DNA from: Actinomycetes bacterium
GTDB lineage: Bacteria > Actinomycetota > Actinomycetes > JAHEKZ01
DNA: 64,000 bases
NCBI GenBank assembly: GCA_024644345.1
Contig: JAHELE010000001.1
Location: 18,659-82,658, forward strand
Reading direction: 5' to 3'
The notes beneath the pieces were generated by a model. The model saw nothing but the letters and a program-made list of their open reading frames with translations, did not search any database and was not told the origin of the DNA. The position numbers and the translations under genes were made by a program. Position 1 is the stretch's first letter. Each line of letters opens with the position of its first letter. Of the stretch, positions 39,517 through 50,000 are shown in pieces.

Positions 39517-40752
39517 CTAGGGGCGAGCAAGCACCTCGTCGGCGGCTCGCTCGCCCGAACGTAGGGCCCCTTCCATCAGTCCGGCCCAGTCACCTGCGGT
39601 GTGCTCGCCCGCGAAGTACAGCGGGCCGACGGGGCGCTGCAGCAGCGCATCGTCGTCCGCCCCTGTCTCGACAGTCAGCGCCGTGTAGGCCTCTCGCGAG
39701 AACGGTTCGTCGGCCCAAGTCGTCACGACGGCACGTTCGATGTCGAGCGGAAGGTCCTCACGCATGGTTGCGGCCCGCTGAGCCCACGTACGTGGCCCCG
39801 CCTCGACCTGAAGCCGATCCAAGGCAGGTCCGGACCCGGAGAAGCAATGCAGCATCGGCTGCACGCCGCCAGTCTCGTCGGTGGCGGTCCACGTCCAGAA
39901 TCTCTCGCGGACGTTCTGCACCGCGGACCAGTCAACTGGCGGCGCGTGCTGGGCGAACGGAATGTGCAGCTTGGCGGCGTGACCGACACCCGCCCTGCCC
40001 CAGGCGTCGAGCTTCCACTGCGGCAGCGGCGGGTCGAACGTCATTTCCCGTGTCACGGCCATGGGGGTCGCCAGCACAACGACGTCTGCCGCGACTTCGC
40101 CGGCGTCTGTCATGACGCGGCACGACTCTTCGTCCCAGCTGATGCTGCGCACCACCTCGCCGAGCCGCACAGCATCGCCAAGCCTGCCGCTGAGCTCGAT
40201 CGCCACTCGTTGGTTGCCCCCGGCCACCCGAAAGGAGGGCCTCGGTTCGAACGCGAGAGCAACATCTGCGGCAGCGGCAGCTGAGAGTCGCTCGGCAGGG
40301 CATGCATTCGTGACTTCCAGGCGCGAACGGAACGCCGCCAAGGCATCGGAATCGGCGGCACCGGATCGGTCGAGCTCGTCGATCAGGTCAGCGAGCGACG
40401 AGCTCGGCGGAGCAGTCGCTGCTGCCGCGGACACCACGCCTGCGGCCACTGCGACCGCGTCATGCGTAGTGTCGACACCGTGGGGCTCACGGACGTAGTA
40501 CGACATGCCCATCGGGGCCAGCGACAGTCCGAAGCCTGCCATCAGCGACTCCATCAGGTCGTACCCGCTCAGGACGAACTCAGCTCCACGCTCAATACGC
40601 GTCTGGGGATTGCCCGGCTCGATCTCGTACGACCACACCCGTCCGCCGACCCGATCGCGTGCCTCCAGCACGACGACGTCGTGCCCGGAATCCTGCAGAT
40701 GCCAGGCAGCCATCAGGCCTGCAAAGCCGGCACCAACCACCACGACCCTCAT
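39517..40752 (-). CDS. flavin-containing amine oxidase family protein
   Basis: Rossmann FAD motif (MRVVVVGAGFAGLMAAWHL...VLEARDRVGGRV) and a C-terminal amine-oxidase region (YFAGEHTAGDWAGLMEGALRSGERAA). Confidence 0.7.
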   Translation of the reverse strand: MRVVVVGAGFAGLMAAWHLQDSGHDVVVLEARDRVGGRVWSYEIEPGNPQTRIERGAEFVLSGYDLMESLMAGFGLSLAPMGMSYYVREPHGVDTTHDAVAVAAGVVSAAAATAPPSSSLADLIDELDRSGAADSDALAAFRSRLEVTNACPAERLSAAAAADVALAFEPRPSFRVAGGNQRVAIELSGRLGDAVRLGEVVRSISWDEESCRVMTDAGEVAADVVVLATPMAVTREMTFDPPLPQWKLDAWGRAGVGHAAKLHIPFAQHAPPVDWSAVQNVRERFWTWTATDETGGVQPMLHCFSGSGPALDRLQVEAGPRTWAQRAATMREDLPLDIERAVVTTWADEPFSREAYTALTVETGADDDALLQRPVGPLYFAGEHTAGDWAGLMEGALRSGERAADEVLARP

Positions 40753-40811
40753 GACTGCTCCGCCCTTCCCCGATCCCGCCCCGCACCATTGTTGTCTGCC
40801 AGAGTGAGGCC

Positions 40812-42287
40812 ATGACGGTGCCACTCCCATCGGCTGAGCTCTTCAGCGACGCCGAGCTCGCCCAGCGACGGCTCTCCGCCGCCGAGCAAGTCGACCACCA
40901 ACTCGCCCGACGGGGGGCCGTCGACCACTCCGGACCGGAGCTCCGAACGTTGATCGAGCTCAACACCGATGCGATGTCGATTGCCATGGAGCGCGACGCC
41001 GAAGCCCGCGACGGCCAGCTGCGCGGACCGTTGCACGGGCTGGCCATCGTGCTCAAGGACAACGTCGACACCGCTGACGGGATGCTGACCACGGCCGGCT
41101 CCCTGGCGCTGGCCTCGACTCGTCCACGTGAGGACGCCCCACTGGTCGCACGCCTGCGCGACGCCGGGCTCGTGGTGCTCGGCAAGTCGAACATGAGCGA
41201 GTGGGCCAACATGCGCTCACCGCACTCGACAAGCGGCTGGAGCGCGCGGGGAGGCCTCACCAGAAATCCCTGGAATCCCCTGCGCAATGCAGGAGGATCC
41301 TCGTCAGGATCAGCTGCGGCAGTCTCAGTCGGCATCGCACCACTGGCCGTGGGCACCGAGACCGATGGGTCGATCATCTGCCCCGCCAGCTTCAACGGGG
41401 TCGTGGGACTCAAGCCCACCGTTGGCCTGCTGCCGACCGATGGGATCGTTCCGATCTCCCACAGCCAGGACGCGCCAGGGCCGATGGCCCGCTCGGTTCG
41501 CATGGCGGCAGCGCTCCTGGATGCAATGGCCGGGACCGACCAGTACCTCACAGCCTGCAGCGACCCGAACCTGTCCGGCGTGCGCATCGGGGTGGTGCGT
41601 GATCAATTCGGCGACAACGCCCCGACCGATGCCGCCGCAGAGGCAGCTGTGTCGTTGCTGGCGATGGAAGGCGCGAGCATCATCGATCCCGTACCCGCGG
41701 TGTCGTTGCCCGTACCCGCTGGCGACGAGGATGACGAGGGGCTGTGCGTCCTGCTCCACGAGTTCCAGCACGGCGTTACCCGCTACCTGGCGAGCCGCCC
41801 GGCCGGAGGTCCCCGCACCATCGCGGACGTCGTGGCGTTCAACCAGGATCACGCCGGCGACGAGCTGGCCTGGTTCGGCCAGGAGTACCTCGAGCAGGCC
41901 ATGGTCCTACCCGGGATCGACAGCGACGCCTACCGCCGGGCCCTAGCGAGCATCCAGAGTCAGGCGCGCGACGACGGACTCGACTCCGTCTTCGGCTCCC
42001 AGGGCGTCGACGTCCTCGTGGCCCCGGCGTTCCTCCCGGCGTCGATGAACGACCTGGTGCTCGGCGACTACGGGGATGGCGGCGACTGCACTTCCGCCCC
42101 CGCCATCGCCGGGTACCCGATCCTCAGCGTCCCCATGGGTTTCGTCCACGGACTCCCCGTGGGCCTGGCGCTCACCGGGCCGGCGTATAGCGAGGCACTC
42201 CTGCTCCGCGTGGCCAGCGCCCTGGAGGCGCGCCTCGGGCTGCTCGCGGACGGCGCTCTGACCCCACCGACCAGCGCCGGCGGCTAG
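40812..42287 (+). CDS. amidase-signature (AS) family amidase
   Basis: Catalytic Lys (IVLKDN), Ser-cis-Ser-Lys triad region (GGSSSGSAAAVSVG). RBS GAGTGAGG. Confidence 0.8.
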   Translation: MTVPLPSAELFSDAELAQRRLSAAEQVDHQLARRGAVDHSGPELRTLIELNTDAMSIAMERDAEARDGQLRGPLHGLAIVLKDNVDTADGMLTTAGSLALASTRPREDAPLVARLRDAGLVVLGKSNMSEWANMRSPHSTSGWSARGGLTRNPWNPLRNAGGSSSGSAAAVSVGIAPLAVGTETDGSIICPASFNGVVGLKPTVGLLPTDGIVPISHSQDAPGPMARSVRMAAALLDAMAGTDQYLTACSDPNLSGVRIGVVRDQFGDNAPTDAAAEAAVSLLAMEGASIIDPVPAVSLPVPAGDEDDEGLCVLLHEFQHGVTRYLASRPAGGPRTIADVVAFNQDHAGDELAWFGQEYLEQAMVLPGIDSDAYRRALASIQSQARDDGLDSVFGSQGVDVLVAPAFLPASMNDLVLGDYGDGGDCTSAPAIAGYPILSVPMGFVHGLPVGLALTGPAYSEALLLRVASALEARLGLLADGALTPPTSAGG

Positions 42288-43648
42288 CCGCGCATGTGCA
42301 GCTGGCGGGCCGCCTCCGACACCGATCCAGAGAGAGACGGATACACGGTGAACGCGTCGGCCACCTGGTCGACGTTGAGCCCGAGGCGTACCGCCAGCGA
42401 GACGGGGTAGATCAGCTCGCTGGCCCGCGGGGCAACGACCACGCCGCCGAGCACGATCCCCGTCCCTACCCGGCAGTAGAGCTTGACGAAGCCGTCGTGG
42501 AACTCCTGCATCTTCGCTCGAGCATTGGTCGCCAGAGGAAGCTTCACCTGCGCTGCCGCAACCTCACCGGAGTCGATCTGACGTTGGGTCACACCCACGG
42601 TGGCGATCTCGGGGTCGGTGAACACGTTGCTCGAGACGACCGACAGGTCGAGGGGGTTGACCGCCTCGCCGAGCGCGTGTTTCATCGCGATCCGTCCCTG
42701 CATCGCCGCCACCGACGCCAGCATGAGGACTCCGGTGCAGTCACCGGCCGCGTAGACGCCTCGGACACTTGTCCGCGACACGCGGTCCACCTCGACGAAA
42801 CCCCGGTCGTCCAACGCCACGCCAGACTCCTCGAGGCCGACCCCATCGGTGTTCGGTACCGAGCCGACGGCCAGCAGGACGTGCGAACCGGTCACGGTGC
42901 GACCGTCCTCCAGCTCGACCGACACCCCGTCGGGCGTGCGAGACGCCGAGATCGCACGTGAGCGCGAGAGCACGGTCATCCCGCGTCGCTCGAAGACCTC
43001 CTCCAGCACGGCGGCGGCATCGGCGTCCTCCCCCGGAAGCACGCGGTCGCGGGAGGACACCAGCGTCACCTGAGACCCCAGGGCCTGGTAGGCGCCGGCG
43101 AACTCGGCACCGGTCACACCTGACCCCACCACGATCAGCTCAGGCGGCAGCTCGGCCAGGTCGTACAGCTGCGTCCACGACAAGATGCGCTCGCCGTCGG
43201 GTCTGGCCGACTCCAGCTCGCGGGGGTGGGCACCGGTGGCGACCAGGACGGCGTCAGCCTCCAGCTCCTCAGTCCCACCTGCAGCAAGGTCGGCGACCAC
43301 TCGGTCGGCACCCTCAAGGCGACCGGTGCCGCGCAGCACCCGGACCCCGTCACGTGCCAGATGCGACTCGACGTCGGCCGACTGCGCAGTCGCCAGCGAC
43401 TTCAGCCGGGAGTTGACCACACCGAGGTCGACGCCCACCTGACCGTCGAACCGAACGCCCAGAGCACGGGAGTCGGTGACCTCGTCCATCACGTCGGCGA
43501 CCGTGATCAGCGCCTTGCTCGGGACCACATCGGTCAGGACCGCCGACCCCCCGAGGCCGTCACGGTCGATGAGCGTGACCTCGGCACCGACTTGCGCCGC
43601 CACCAGGGCGGCCTCGTACCCGCCGGGACCGCCGCCGATGATCACCAT
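42284..43648 (-). CDS. lpdA: flavoprotein disulfide-reductase-fold NAD(P)H oxidoreductase lacking the redox-active cysteine pair (LpdA/Rv3303c-like)
   Basis: FAD/NAD Rossmann motifs (MVIIGGGPGGYEAA...; IVVGSGVTGAEFA). The CxxxxC site is replaced by VLTDVVPSK. Confidence 0.7.
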   Translation of the reverse strand: MVIIGGGPGGYEAALVAAQVGAEVTLIDRDGLGGSAVLTDVVPSKALITVADVMDEVTDSRALGVRFDGQVGVDLGVVNSRLKSLATAQSADVESHLARDGVRVLRGTGRLEGADRVVADLAAGGTEELEADAVLVATGAHPRELESARPDGERILSWTQLYDLAELPPELIVVGSGVTGAEFAGAYQALGSQVTLVSSRDRVLPGEDADAAAVLEEVFERRGMTVLSRSRAISASRTPDGVSVELEDGRTVTGSHVLLAVGSVPNTDGVGLEESGVALDDRGFVEVDRVSRTSVRGVYAAGDCTGVLMLASVAAMQGRIAMKHALGEAVNPLDLSVVSSNVFTDPEIATVGVTQRQIDSGEVAAAQVKLPLATNARAKMQEFHDGFVKLYCRVGTGIVLGGVVVAPRASELIYPVSLAVRLGLNVDQVADAFTVYPSLSGSVSEAARQLHMRG

Positions 43649-43712
43649 TCGCGCCACGGCCCACATTCTGGCGCACAGTTCACCGGAACCGTCCGGCGCG
43701 GCCCCTACGCTC

Positions 43713-44168
43713 ATGGCCATGGCCCTCTACGCCGCCTATGGCAGCAACATGGATCCGCGGCAGATGGCCGAACGAGCACCCCACTCCCCCATCGCCGGCA
43801 CCGGCTGGCTCGACGGCTGGCGGCTCACTTTCGGCGGCGAGGACCTGGGCTGGGAGGGTGCCCTGGCGACCGTCGTGGAGGAAGCCGGCTCTCAGGTCTT
43901 CGCTGTTCTCTACGACCTCACCGACCTCGACGAGCACGCGCTCGACGCGTGGGAGGGCGCCCTCGGCGTCTACGACAAGATCCGGGTCCGGATCCACACC
44001 CTCGAGGGCGACAAGCTCGCCTGGCTCTACGTGCTCAACGCCTACGAGGGCGGCCTGCCGTCGGCCCGGTACCTCGGGATCATGGCCGATGCCGCCGAGC
44101 GGGCGGGGGCGCCGGACGACTACGTGCGCGACCTGCGTACCCGCCCCTGCAGGAACATCGGGCCGTGA
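43713..44168 (+). CDS. gamma-glutamylcyclotransferase-like (AIG2/GGCT fold) protein
   Basis: YAAYGSNMDPRQM...E active-site context. The ATG at 43713 lies in the divergent intergenic region with lpdA. The ORF-track start at 43476 would overlap lpdA. Confidence 0.6.
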   Translation: MAMALYAAYGSNMDPRQMAERAPHSPIAGTGWLDGWRLTFGGEDLGWEGALATVVEEAGSQVFAVLYDLTDLDEHALDAWEGALGVYDKIRVRIHTLEGDKLAWLYVLNAYEGGLPSARYLGIMADAAERAGAPDDYVRDLRTRPCRNIGP

Positions 44169-44220
44169 TCGGCTGGAAAAGGGGCTCAACCTTCGTCCGG
44201 TTTCGCCCGATAGGCACTCC

Positions 44221-44685
44221 ATGGGTGTAGCACCGCGTGACGACGTCCGCATCATCAGGCCAGCAGCGATCCTTGACGAGCGCGCAGCCAACCGCGTCCT
44301 CGACGAGCTGAAGCGACTCGACATCAGCTCAGGTGGCGTCTGGAACGCCACCTCATCGCTGTGGCAGCGCTACGACACGCCGTGGGACGGCATGGGCGGC
44401 ACCCGCGGTAACGCGCGCCTGCTCGGCTCCATCGCTGTCATGTACGACGCGCCCAACCGCCACCAGATCACCATCTACAAGGTCACTGTGACGCCCTACG
44501 GCCTCGAGAGCACCTGGAGCGTCGAGTCGCTCGTCGACGACGCCCTTACCTGGGCCGGCCTCACCTTGGACACCTGTCCTCGGGCCGAGCTCGGCGACCC
44601 CCCTCGGCGCGACCCGTTCAAGTCGGCCGGCATGGTCGGAGCGCCACCAACGATCGCGGCCGCCGACGAGATCCCGGCCAGCTAG
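44221..44685 (+). CDS. hypothetical protein
   Basis: Coding-like codon usage and a continuous ORF. No recognisable motif. The start is uncertain. Its 3' end overlaps the convergent M20 amidohydrolase gene by 4 nt. Confidence 0.35.
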   Translation: MGVAPRDDVRIIRPAAILDERAANRVLDELKRLDISSGGVWNATSSLWQRYDTPWDGMGGTRGNARLLGSIAVMYDAPNRHQITIYKVTVTPYGLESTWSVESLVDDALTWAGLTLDTCPRAELGDPPRRDPFKSAGMVGAPPTIAAADEIPAS

Positions 44686-45932
44686 CGTCGGGCTTGGGCA
44701 AGATCGAGCAACGCAACAGCTGCCAGTAGCAGGACCCCCACGTCGATTGCGCGCTCATCCACGTCGAAGGTCCCCTGGTGAAGATCTCCACCCTCATGCG
44801 TTCCCGGTGCCTGCACCCCTAGCCGGAACAGCGCACCGGGAACGTGGGCCAGGTACCAGGCGAAGTCCTCGCCACCCAGACTTTGCTCGACCGTCTCGAC
44901 GCGACCGTCCCCGAGCAGAGTTCTGGCGACCGACTCGATCAGCCGCACCGAGGCGGCGTCATTGATTACCGGTGGCACACCCCTGGTGTAGTCGACCGTG
45001 ACGTCGACGCCGTAGGCGACCGCCACGTCGTTGACTGCCCGGGACACCACCGCTTCGGCGTTCTCCCACACCCGCGCGTCGAGTGAGCGAACGGTGCCAG
45101 CGATCTCGCCGGACTGCGGGATGGCGTTGGCGGCGCCGCCAGCGCGCACCGTGCCCCACACCACCGACAGCCCGGCTCGCGGATCGACCCGGCGAGACAG
45201 GATCGACGGTACATCGGTGACGATCTTGGCCATCGCGTACACCAGGTCTCCGGTCAAGTGCGGCCGGGCCGTGTGACCGCCATCGCTGTTGAGCACCACT
45301 CGCACGTGGTCGCTGCTGCCGGTGATCGGACCGACCCGCACGCCGATGCCGCCCACGTCCTGCCGAGGGTCGCAGTGCAGGGCGAGGATGCGGTCGACGC
45401 CGTCAAGGGCCCCGGACTCAATGACGTCGATCGCGCCACCCGGCATCGACTCCTCAGCAGGCTGGAAGATCAACCGCACCCGACCGTCGAACTCGCGCCG
45501 CTGCACCAGCTGGGCGAGCACCACCCCCACCCCGATCAGGATGGCGGTGTGGACGTCGTGGCCGCAGGCGTGGCAGACCCCAGGAACGGTCGATCGATAG
45601 CCGACCGACTCCTTCTCGTCGTCGATCGGCAGGGCATCGATGTCTGCGCGCAAGGCGACCGTGCGGTCTCCCTGACCGATGTCGCAGACGACTCCAGAGC
45701 CACCGGGCAGCACCGTGGGCGTCAACCCGGCCGCCGCGAGCCGCTCATGGATCACCGCGGTCGTGCGCACCTCCTGGCGACCAAGCTCTGGGTGCGCATG
45801 GAGGTCGCGGCGAATCTCGATCAGCTCGTCGGAGATCTTGGCCACCAGGTCGGCCAGCTCGTCGCCCAACAGGCCGAGGTCGAGTCGCTGATTCACCACA
45901 GAACCGAGGCTAGACGGTCTGACGTCGGTCAT
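44682..45932 (-). CDS. M20D-family amidohydrolase (N-acyl-L-amino-acid amidohydrolase, AmiA/AmiB-like)
   Basis: Metal ligands of the M20 family (HACGHDVH...; D/E-rich dimetal motifs). Syntenic with Mtb amiA1/amiB1 next to lpdA. Confidence 0.8.
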   Translation of the reverse strand: MTDVRPSSLGSVVNQRLDLGLLGDELADLVAKISDELIEIRRDLHAHPELGRQEVRTTAVIHERLAAAGLTPTVLPGGSGVVCDIGQGDRTVALRADIDALPIDDEKESVGYRSTVPGVCHACGHDVHTAILIGVGVVLAQLVQRREFDGRVRLIFQPAEESMPGGAIDVIESGALDGVDRILALHCDPRQDVGGIGVRVGPITGSSDHVRVVLNSDGGHTARPHLTGDLVYAMAKIVTDVPSILSRRVDPRAGLSVVWGTVRAGGAANAIPQSGEIAGTVRSLDARVWENAEAVVSRAVNDVAVAYGVDVTVDYTRGVPPVINDAASVRLIESVARTLLGDGRVETVEQSLGGEDFAWYLAHVPGALFRLGVQAPGTHEGGDLHQGTFDVDERAIDVGVLLLAAVALLDLAQARR

Positions 45933-45949
45933 GGTTCAGATCGTCGCCT

Positions 45950-47623
45950 TCAGAAGGCATCAACTGGCTGGTAGACGCCCCACACCGCACGCAACGCGTC
46001 GCTGACCTCACCGACCGTTGCCCTGGCGCGCAGCGCCTCTCGCATCGGGTAGAGGACGTTCGCGTCGCCTTCCGCAGCACGAGAGACCTCGGCCAGCCAG
46101 CGGTCCACCTCTGGCTGGTCCCGTTCGGCCCTCAGGCGCCCCAGACGCGCGCGCTGCTCGGCCTCGATCGAAGGGTCGACCCGCAAGGGTTCGTACGGGT
46201 CCTCGGTCTCGGCCACGTACCTGTTGACGCCGACCACGACCCGGTCACCCGCGTCGATCTGCAGTGCCACGTCGTAGGCGCTCCGCTCGATCTCTGACTT
46301 CTGGAAGCCCTTCTCGATCGCTGCCACAGCACCGCCCAGGCGCTGCACCTGGTCCATCAGCTCGACGGCCGTGGCTTCGACGGCGTCGGTCATCGACTCG
46401 ACGACGTACGAACCGGCGAACGGGTCGACGGTAGCCGTCACGTCGGTCTCGAAGGCGAGTACCTGCTGGGTACGCAATGCCAGTCTGGCGGCCTTCTCCG
46501 TGGGGAGGGCGATCGCCTCGTCGTAGCTGTTGGTGTGCAGCGACTGCGTTCCACCGAGCACCGCTGCGAGCCCCTGCACCGCCACCCGCACAAGGTTGAC
46601 CTCGGGCTGCTGAGCGGTCAGCTGCACCCCCGCCGTCTGCGTGTGGAAGCGCAGCATCATCGACTTGGGGTTCGTGGCGCCGAACTCGTCGCGCATGATC
46701 CGCGCCCACAGTCGACGCGCCGCACGGAACTTGGCGACCTCCTCGAGAATCGTCGTCCGCGACACGAAAAAGAACGCCAGACGCGGGGCAAAGTCGTCGA
46801 CATGCTGTCCGCTGGCGATAGCCGCTCGCACGTACTCGACGCCGTTAGCCAGGGTGAAGGCGATCTCCTGCGCGGGCGTGGCACCCGCCTCTGCCATGTG
46901 ATATCCGGAGATCGAGATGGTGTTCCAGCGCGGGATCTCAGCCTGGCAGTACTGAAAGATGTCGGTGATCAGACGCAGCGATGCCGCCGGCGGGTAGATG
47001 TACGTTCCACGGGCGATGTACTCCTTGAGCACGTCGTTCTGGATCGTGCCACCAAGCGTGGCCGCATCGACTCCCTGCTCCTCAGCCACCAGTTGATACA
47101 GCAGAAGGAGGACCGACGCCGGAGCGTTGATCGTCATGGACGTCGTCACCTGGTCGAGCGGGATCTGGTCGAACAGCACCCGCATGTCGTCGATCGAGTC
47201 GATGGCGACACCGACCTTGCCGACCTCGCCGGACGCCACCGGGTGGTCGGAGTCGTACCCCATCTGGGTCGGAAGGTCGAACGCCACTGACAGTCCAGTC
47301 GTTCCGGCGGCCAACAGCTGGTGATAGCGCTCGTTCGACTCCTTCGCCGTACCGAACCCCGCATATTGGCGCATCGTCCACGGACGGCCCGTGTACATGC
47401 TGGGGTAGACACCGCGCGTGAAGGGATAGTCGCCGGGAAGGCCGAGCTGAGTGCTGGCGTCCCAGTCGTCTAGGGCATCCGGGCCGTAGACCGGCTGGAT
47501 CGCAAACCCCGACTCGGAAGGACGTGCATCGCTCACTGCCATCTCCTCAACGTGTGCCGCCCCGATCCGGGTGCGCCCGACGTCAGGGTACCGATCTGGT
47601 CGGCCAACGACGTCGGGGCTCAC
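45950..47623 (-). CDS. methylmalonyl-CoA mutase-family large (substrate-binding TIM-barrel) subunit without B12-binding domain, IcmA-like
   Basis: MCM N-terminal barrel motifs ([21 protein letters not shown]...[17 protein letters not shown]). About 557 aa, with no C-terminal cobalamin-binding domain. Confidence 0.8.
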   Translation of the reverse strand: MSPDVVGRPDRYPDVGRTRIGAAHVEEMAVSDARPSESGFAIQPVYGPDALDDWDASTQLGLPGDYPFTRGVYPSMYTGRPWTMRQYAGFGTAKESNERYHQLLAAGTTGLSVAFDLPTQMGYDSDHPVASGEVGKVGVAIDSIDDMRVLFDQIPLDQVTTSMTINAPASVLLLLYQLVAEEQGVDAATLGGTIQNDVLKEYIARGTYIYPPAASLRLITDIFQYCQAEIPRWNTISISGYHMAEAGATPAQEIAFTLANGVEYVRAAIASGQHVDDFAPRLAFFFVSRTTILEEVAKFRAARRLWARIMRDEFGATNPKSMMLRFHTQTAGVQLTAQQPEVNLVRVAVQGLAAVLGGTQSLHTNSYDEAIALPTEKAARLALRTQQVLAFETDVTATVDPFAGSYVVESMTDAVEATAVELMDQVQRLGGAVAAIEKGFQKSEIERSAYDVALQIDAGDRVVVGVNRYVAETEDPYEPLRVDPSIEAEQRARLGRLRAERDQPEVDRWLAEVSRAAEGDANVLYPMREALRARATVGEVSDALRAVWGVYQPVDAF

Positions 47624-47863
47624 TCCTCACAGCGGGATGCCAAACCTCCGGACAGCATCGGCGGCCGGGTCGAAGCCAGCTTCCGCGGGTGGCGGTTCCG
47701 ATACCGACTCGACCATGTCGTCAACGCTGACCGGTTCGGGAAGGCGACCGAAGCGCCGCTTGCGCTCGGCGTCAGACGAATCCTGGGGGTTCCCGCGCAA
47801 AGCCATGGGAGCACGGTACGCCCACGGGACCGACGGGGCTGCTCGACAGGGCAGACTGTCCGC

Positions 47864-48565
47864 GTGCGCATCCTCGTGGCCGACGACGACCAAGCCGTTC
47901 GTGAGTCGCTCCGCCGATCGCTCACCTTCAACGGCTACGACGTGGTGCTGGCGTGCGACGGGATCGAGGCCTTGGATGTCGTCGCCTCCTCGCCCGACCT
48001 GGTCCTGCTCGACGTGAACATGCCGGGGATCGACGTTCTGGAAGTGTGCCGGCGCATCCGCGCATCGGGCGACGAGGTGCCGGTGCTCATGCTCACCGCT
48101 CGTGTTGAGATCGGTGACCGGGTGCTGGGACTCGACGCGGGCGCCGACGACTACCTTCCCAAGCCGTTCGCCCTCGAGGAGCTGCTGGCCCGTGTGCGGG
48201 CCCTGCTTCGACGAGGGCGGAGGCCACCCCGCGACGCCGATGGCTCCGACGAGGTATCGGAGGAGTCACGCACCTTCGCAGACCTCACCGTCGACCCGGC
48301 GACCCGGATGGTGCGGCGCGGCGAACGCAGTATCACCCTCACCCGCACCGAGTTCGAGCTGCTGTGGGTGTTGATCCAGCGCCCACGCCGCGTTCTGTCA
48401 CGCGAGCTGATCCTCGACGAGGTGTGGGGATACGACTTCCCCACGACCGCAAACTCGCTCGAGGTCTACATCGGATACCTGCGGCGCAAGACCGAAGCCG
48501 ACGGCGAGCCGCGGTTGATCCACACCGTGCGCGGCGTCGGATACGTACTGCGGGAGCAGGAATGA
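47864..48565 (+). CDS. mprA: OmpR-family response regulator (MprA-like)
   Basis: VRILVADDD...[10 protein letters not shown]...MLTAR...KPF plus a winged helix. GTG at 47864. Followed by an HK and an HtrA-like protease, as in mprAB-pepD. Confidence 0.85.
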   Translation: MRILVADDDQAVRESLRRSLTFNGYDVVLACDGIEALDVVASSPDLVLLDVNMPGIDVLEVCRRIRASGDEVPVLMLTARVEIGDRVLGLDAGADDYLPKPFALEELLARVRALLRRGRRPPRDADGSDEVSEESRTFADLTVDPATRMVRRGERSITLTRTEFELLWVLIQRPRRVLSRELILDEVWGYDFPTTANSLEVYIGYLRRKTEADGEPRLIHTVRGVGYVLREQE

Positions 48566-49923
48566 GCGCCAGACCTCGACATGTCTCACTGCGCGCCAGG
48601 GTTGCTCTCCTGGCCGGTGTCGCAGTGGCCGTCGCTGTCGCCCTCACCACCCTCGGGATCTACCTGACCGTGCGCGCACAGCTCTACAACCAGCTCGACG
48701 ACGATCTCTTGGCCAGGGCCCAAGCGGCCACTCGAGCGCTTGCCGACCCCGACGTGGTGGCCGTCCTGCCGGCCGACGCACTGGGTGATGCGCGGATCGG
48801 GCTCGTGACCGCGGACCGGCGAGCAGTCGCAGCGCGAGGTGGGGCTCTGCCTCCACTCGACGACCCGGAGTTCGCTGTCGCGGCGGGGGACAGCCCCGAG
48901 TCCGTCCGTGGGGTGACCGAGGACGGGGACAGCTTCCGCGTCGCCGCTGTGCCGGCCGGCCCCGGCAGCGCCCTGGTCTTCGCGGCGTCGACCGACAGCG
49001 TGGACTCGACACTGGCCTATGTCGGATTCGTCTCACTGATCGTCGGGTTCCTCGGTGTCGTGGGCGCAGCCACGGCGGGGTACGGCGTCGCCAGGGCCGG
49101 CCTGGCACCGCTGCGCTCGCTGACGGCGGCGACCGAGCGTGTCGCCGACACGATGGACCTCACCCCGATCGAGTCGGTGAGCGACGACGAGATCGGACGG
49201 CTGGCCGCCAGCTTCAACGTCATGCTCGCCTCGCTGGCCGCGTCCCGCGAACGCGAACGACAGCTCGTTGCCGATGCCGGTCACGAGCTCCGAACGCCGC
49301 TGACCTCGCTGCGCACCAACCTCGACCTCCTGGCGCAGGAAGGCTCTACCGGGCGCTCGCTCGACCCCGACGACCGGGCCGGGCTGCTGGCCGACGTCCG
49401 CGACCAGATCGGAGAGCTCAACGACCTCGTGGATGATCTGGTGCAGCTCTCACGTGGTGTGGAGCCGGCAAGCTCCTGGGAGACGATCGACGTCGTCGAG
49501 CTCGTGGAGTCCTCCCTCGACCGCGTTCGACGCCGGGCTCGCGACCTGACCTTCGAGGTGGCGCTGTCACCGTGGTGGGTCGAGGGTGACTCCATGGCAC
49601 TGGGCCGAGCCGTGACGAACCTGCTCGACAACGCGGTGAAGTGGAGCCCCCCGGGATCGGCCGTCATCGTGCAGCTGCACGAAGGCGTGCTCAGCGTTGC
49701 CGACAGCGGACCGGGGATAGACGACGAGGACCGGCCGCACATCTTCGAGAGGTTCTACCGGGCTGACGGGGCTCGGTCTGAGCCCGGCTCAGGTCTTGGG
49801 CTGGCGATCGTCGCCCAAGCGGTGGCGCAGCACAAGGGAGCGATCAGCGTCAGCGACTCGCCGACGGGAGGAGCCCGGTTCGACGTCGCGATCCCGGGGA
49901 GGCCCACGATCGCACAGTCCTGA
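48562..49923 (+). CDS. mprB: sensor histidine kinase (MprB-like; 2TM-HAMP-HisKA-HATPase)
   Basis: H-box ([13 protein letters not shown]), N-box ([10 protein letters not shown]) and G-boxes (DSGPGI...GSGLGLAIV). The ATG overlaps the mprA stop (ATGA). Confidence 0.85.
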   Translation: MSARPRHVSLRARVALLAGVAVAVAVALTTLGIYLTVRAQLYNQLDDDLLARAQAATRALADPDVVAVLPADALGDARIGLVTADRRAVAARGGALPPLDDPEFAVAAGDSPESVRGVTEDGDSFRVAAVPAGPGSALVFAASTDSVDSTLAYVGFVSLIVGFLGVVGAATAGYGVARAGLAPLRSLTAATERVADTMDLTPIESVSDDEIGRLAASFNVMLASLAASRERERQLVADAGHELRTPLTSLRTNLDLLAQEGSTGRSLDPDDRAGLLADVRDQIGELNDLVDDLVQLSRGVEPASSWETIDVVELVESSLDRVRRRARDLTFEVALSPWWVEGDSMALGRAVTNLLDNAVKWSPPGSAVIVQLHEGVLSVADSGPGIDDEDRPHIFERFYRADGARSEPGSGLGLAIVAQAVAQHKGAISVSDSPTGGARFDVAIPGRPTIAQS

Positions 49924-50000
49924 AGCACGTATCGCACGGTCTTAGTCGGCTCTGTGCCTGCTCTCAGGTGACTCTCAGGTGGTGGCCTCACGATGGAGTC

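Noticed and set aside
43738-44220. 5' two-thirds of the 315-aa ORF 43738-44685.
   Set aside because: It overlaps the GGCT-like gene in another frame with S/T/R-rich low-complexity translation. Only the 3' part from the ATG at 44221 looks coding.
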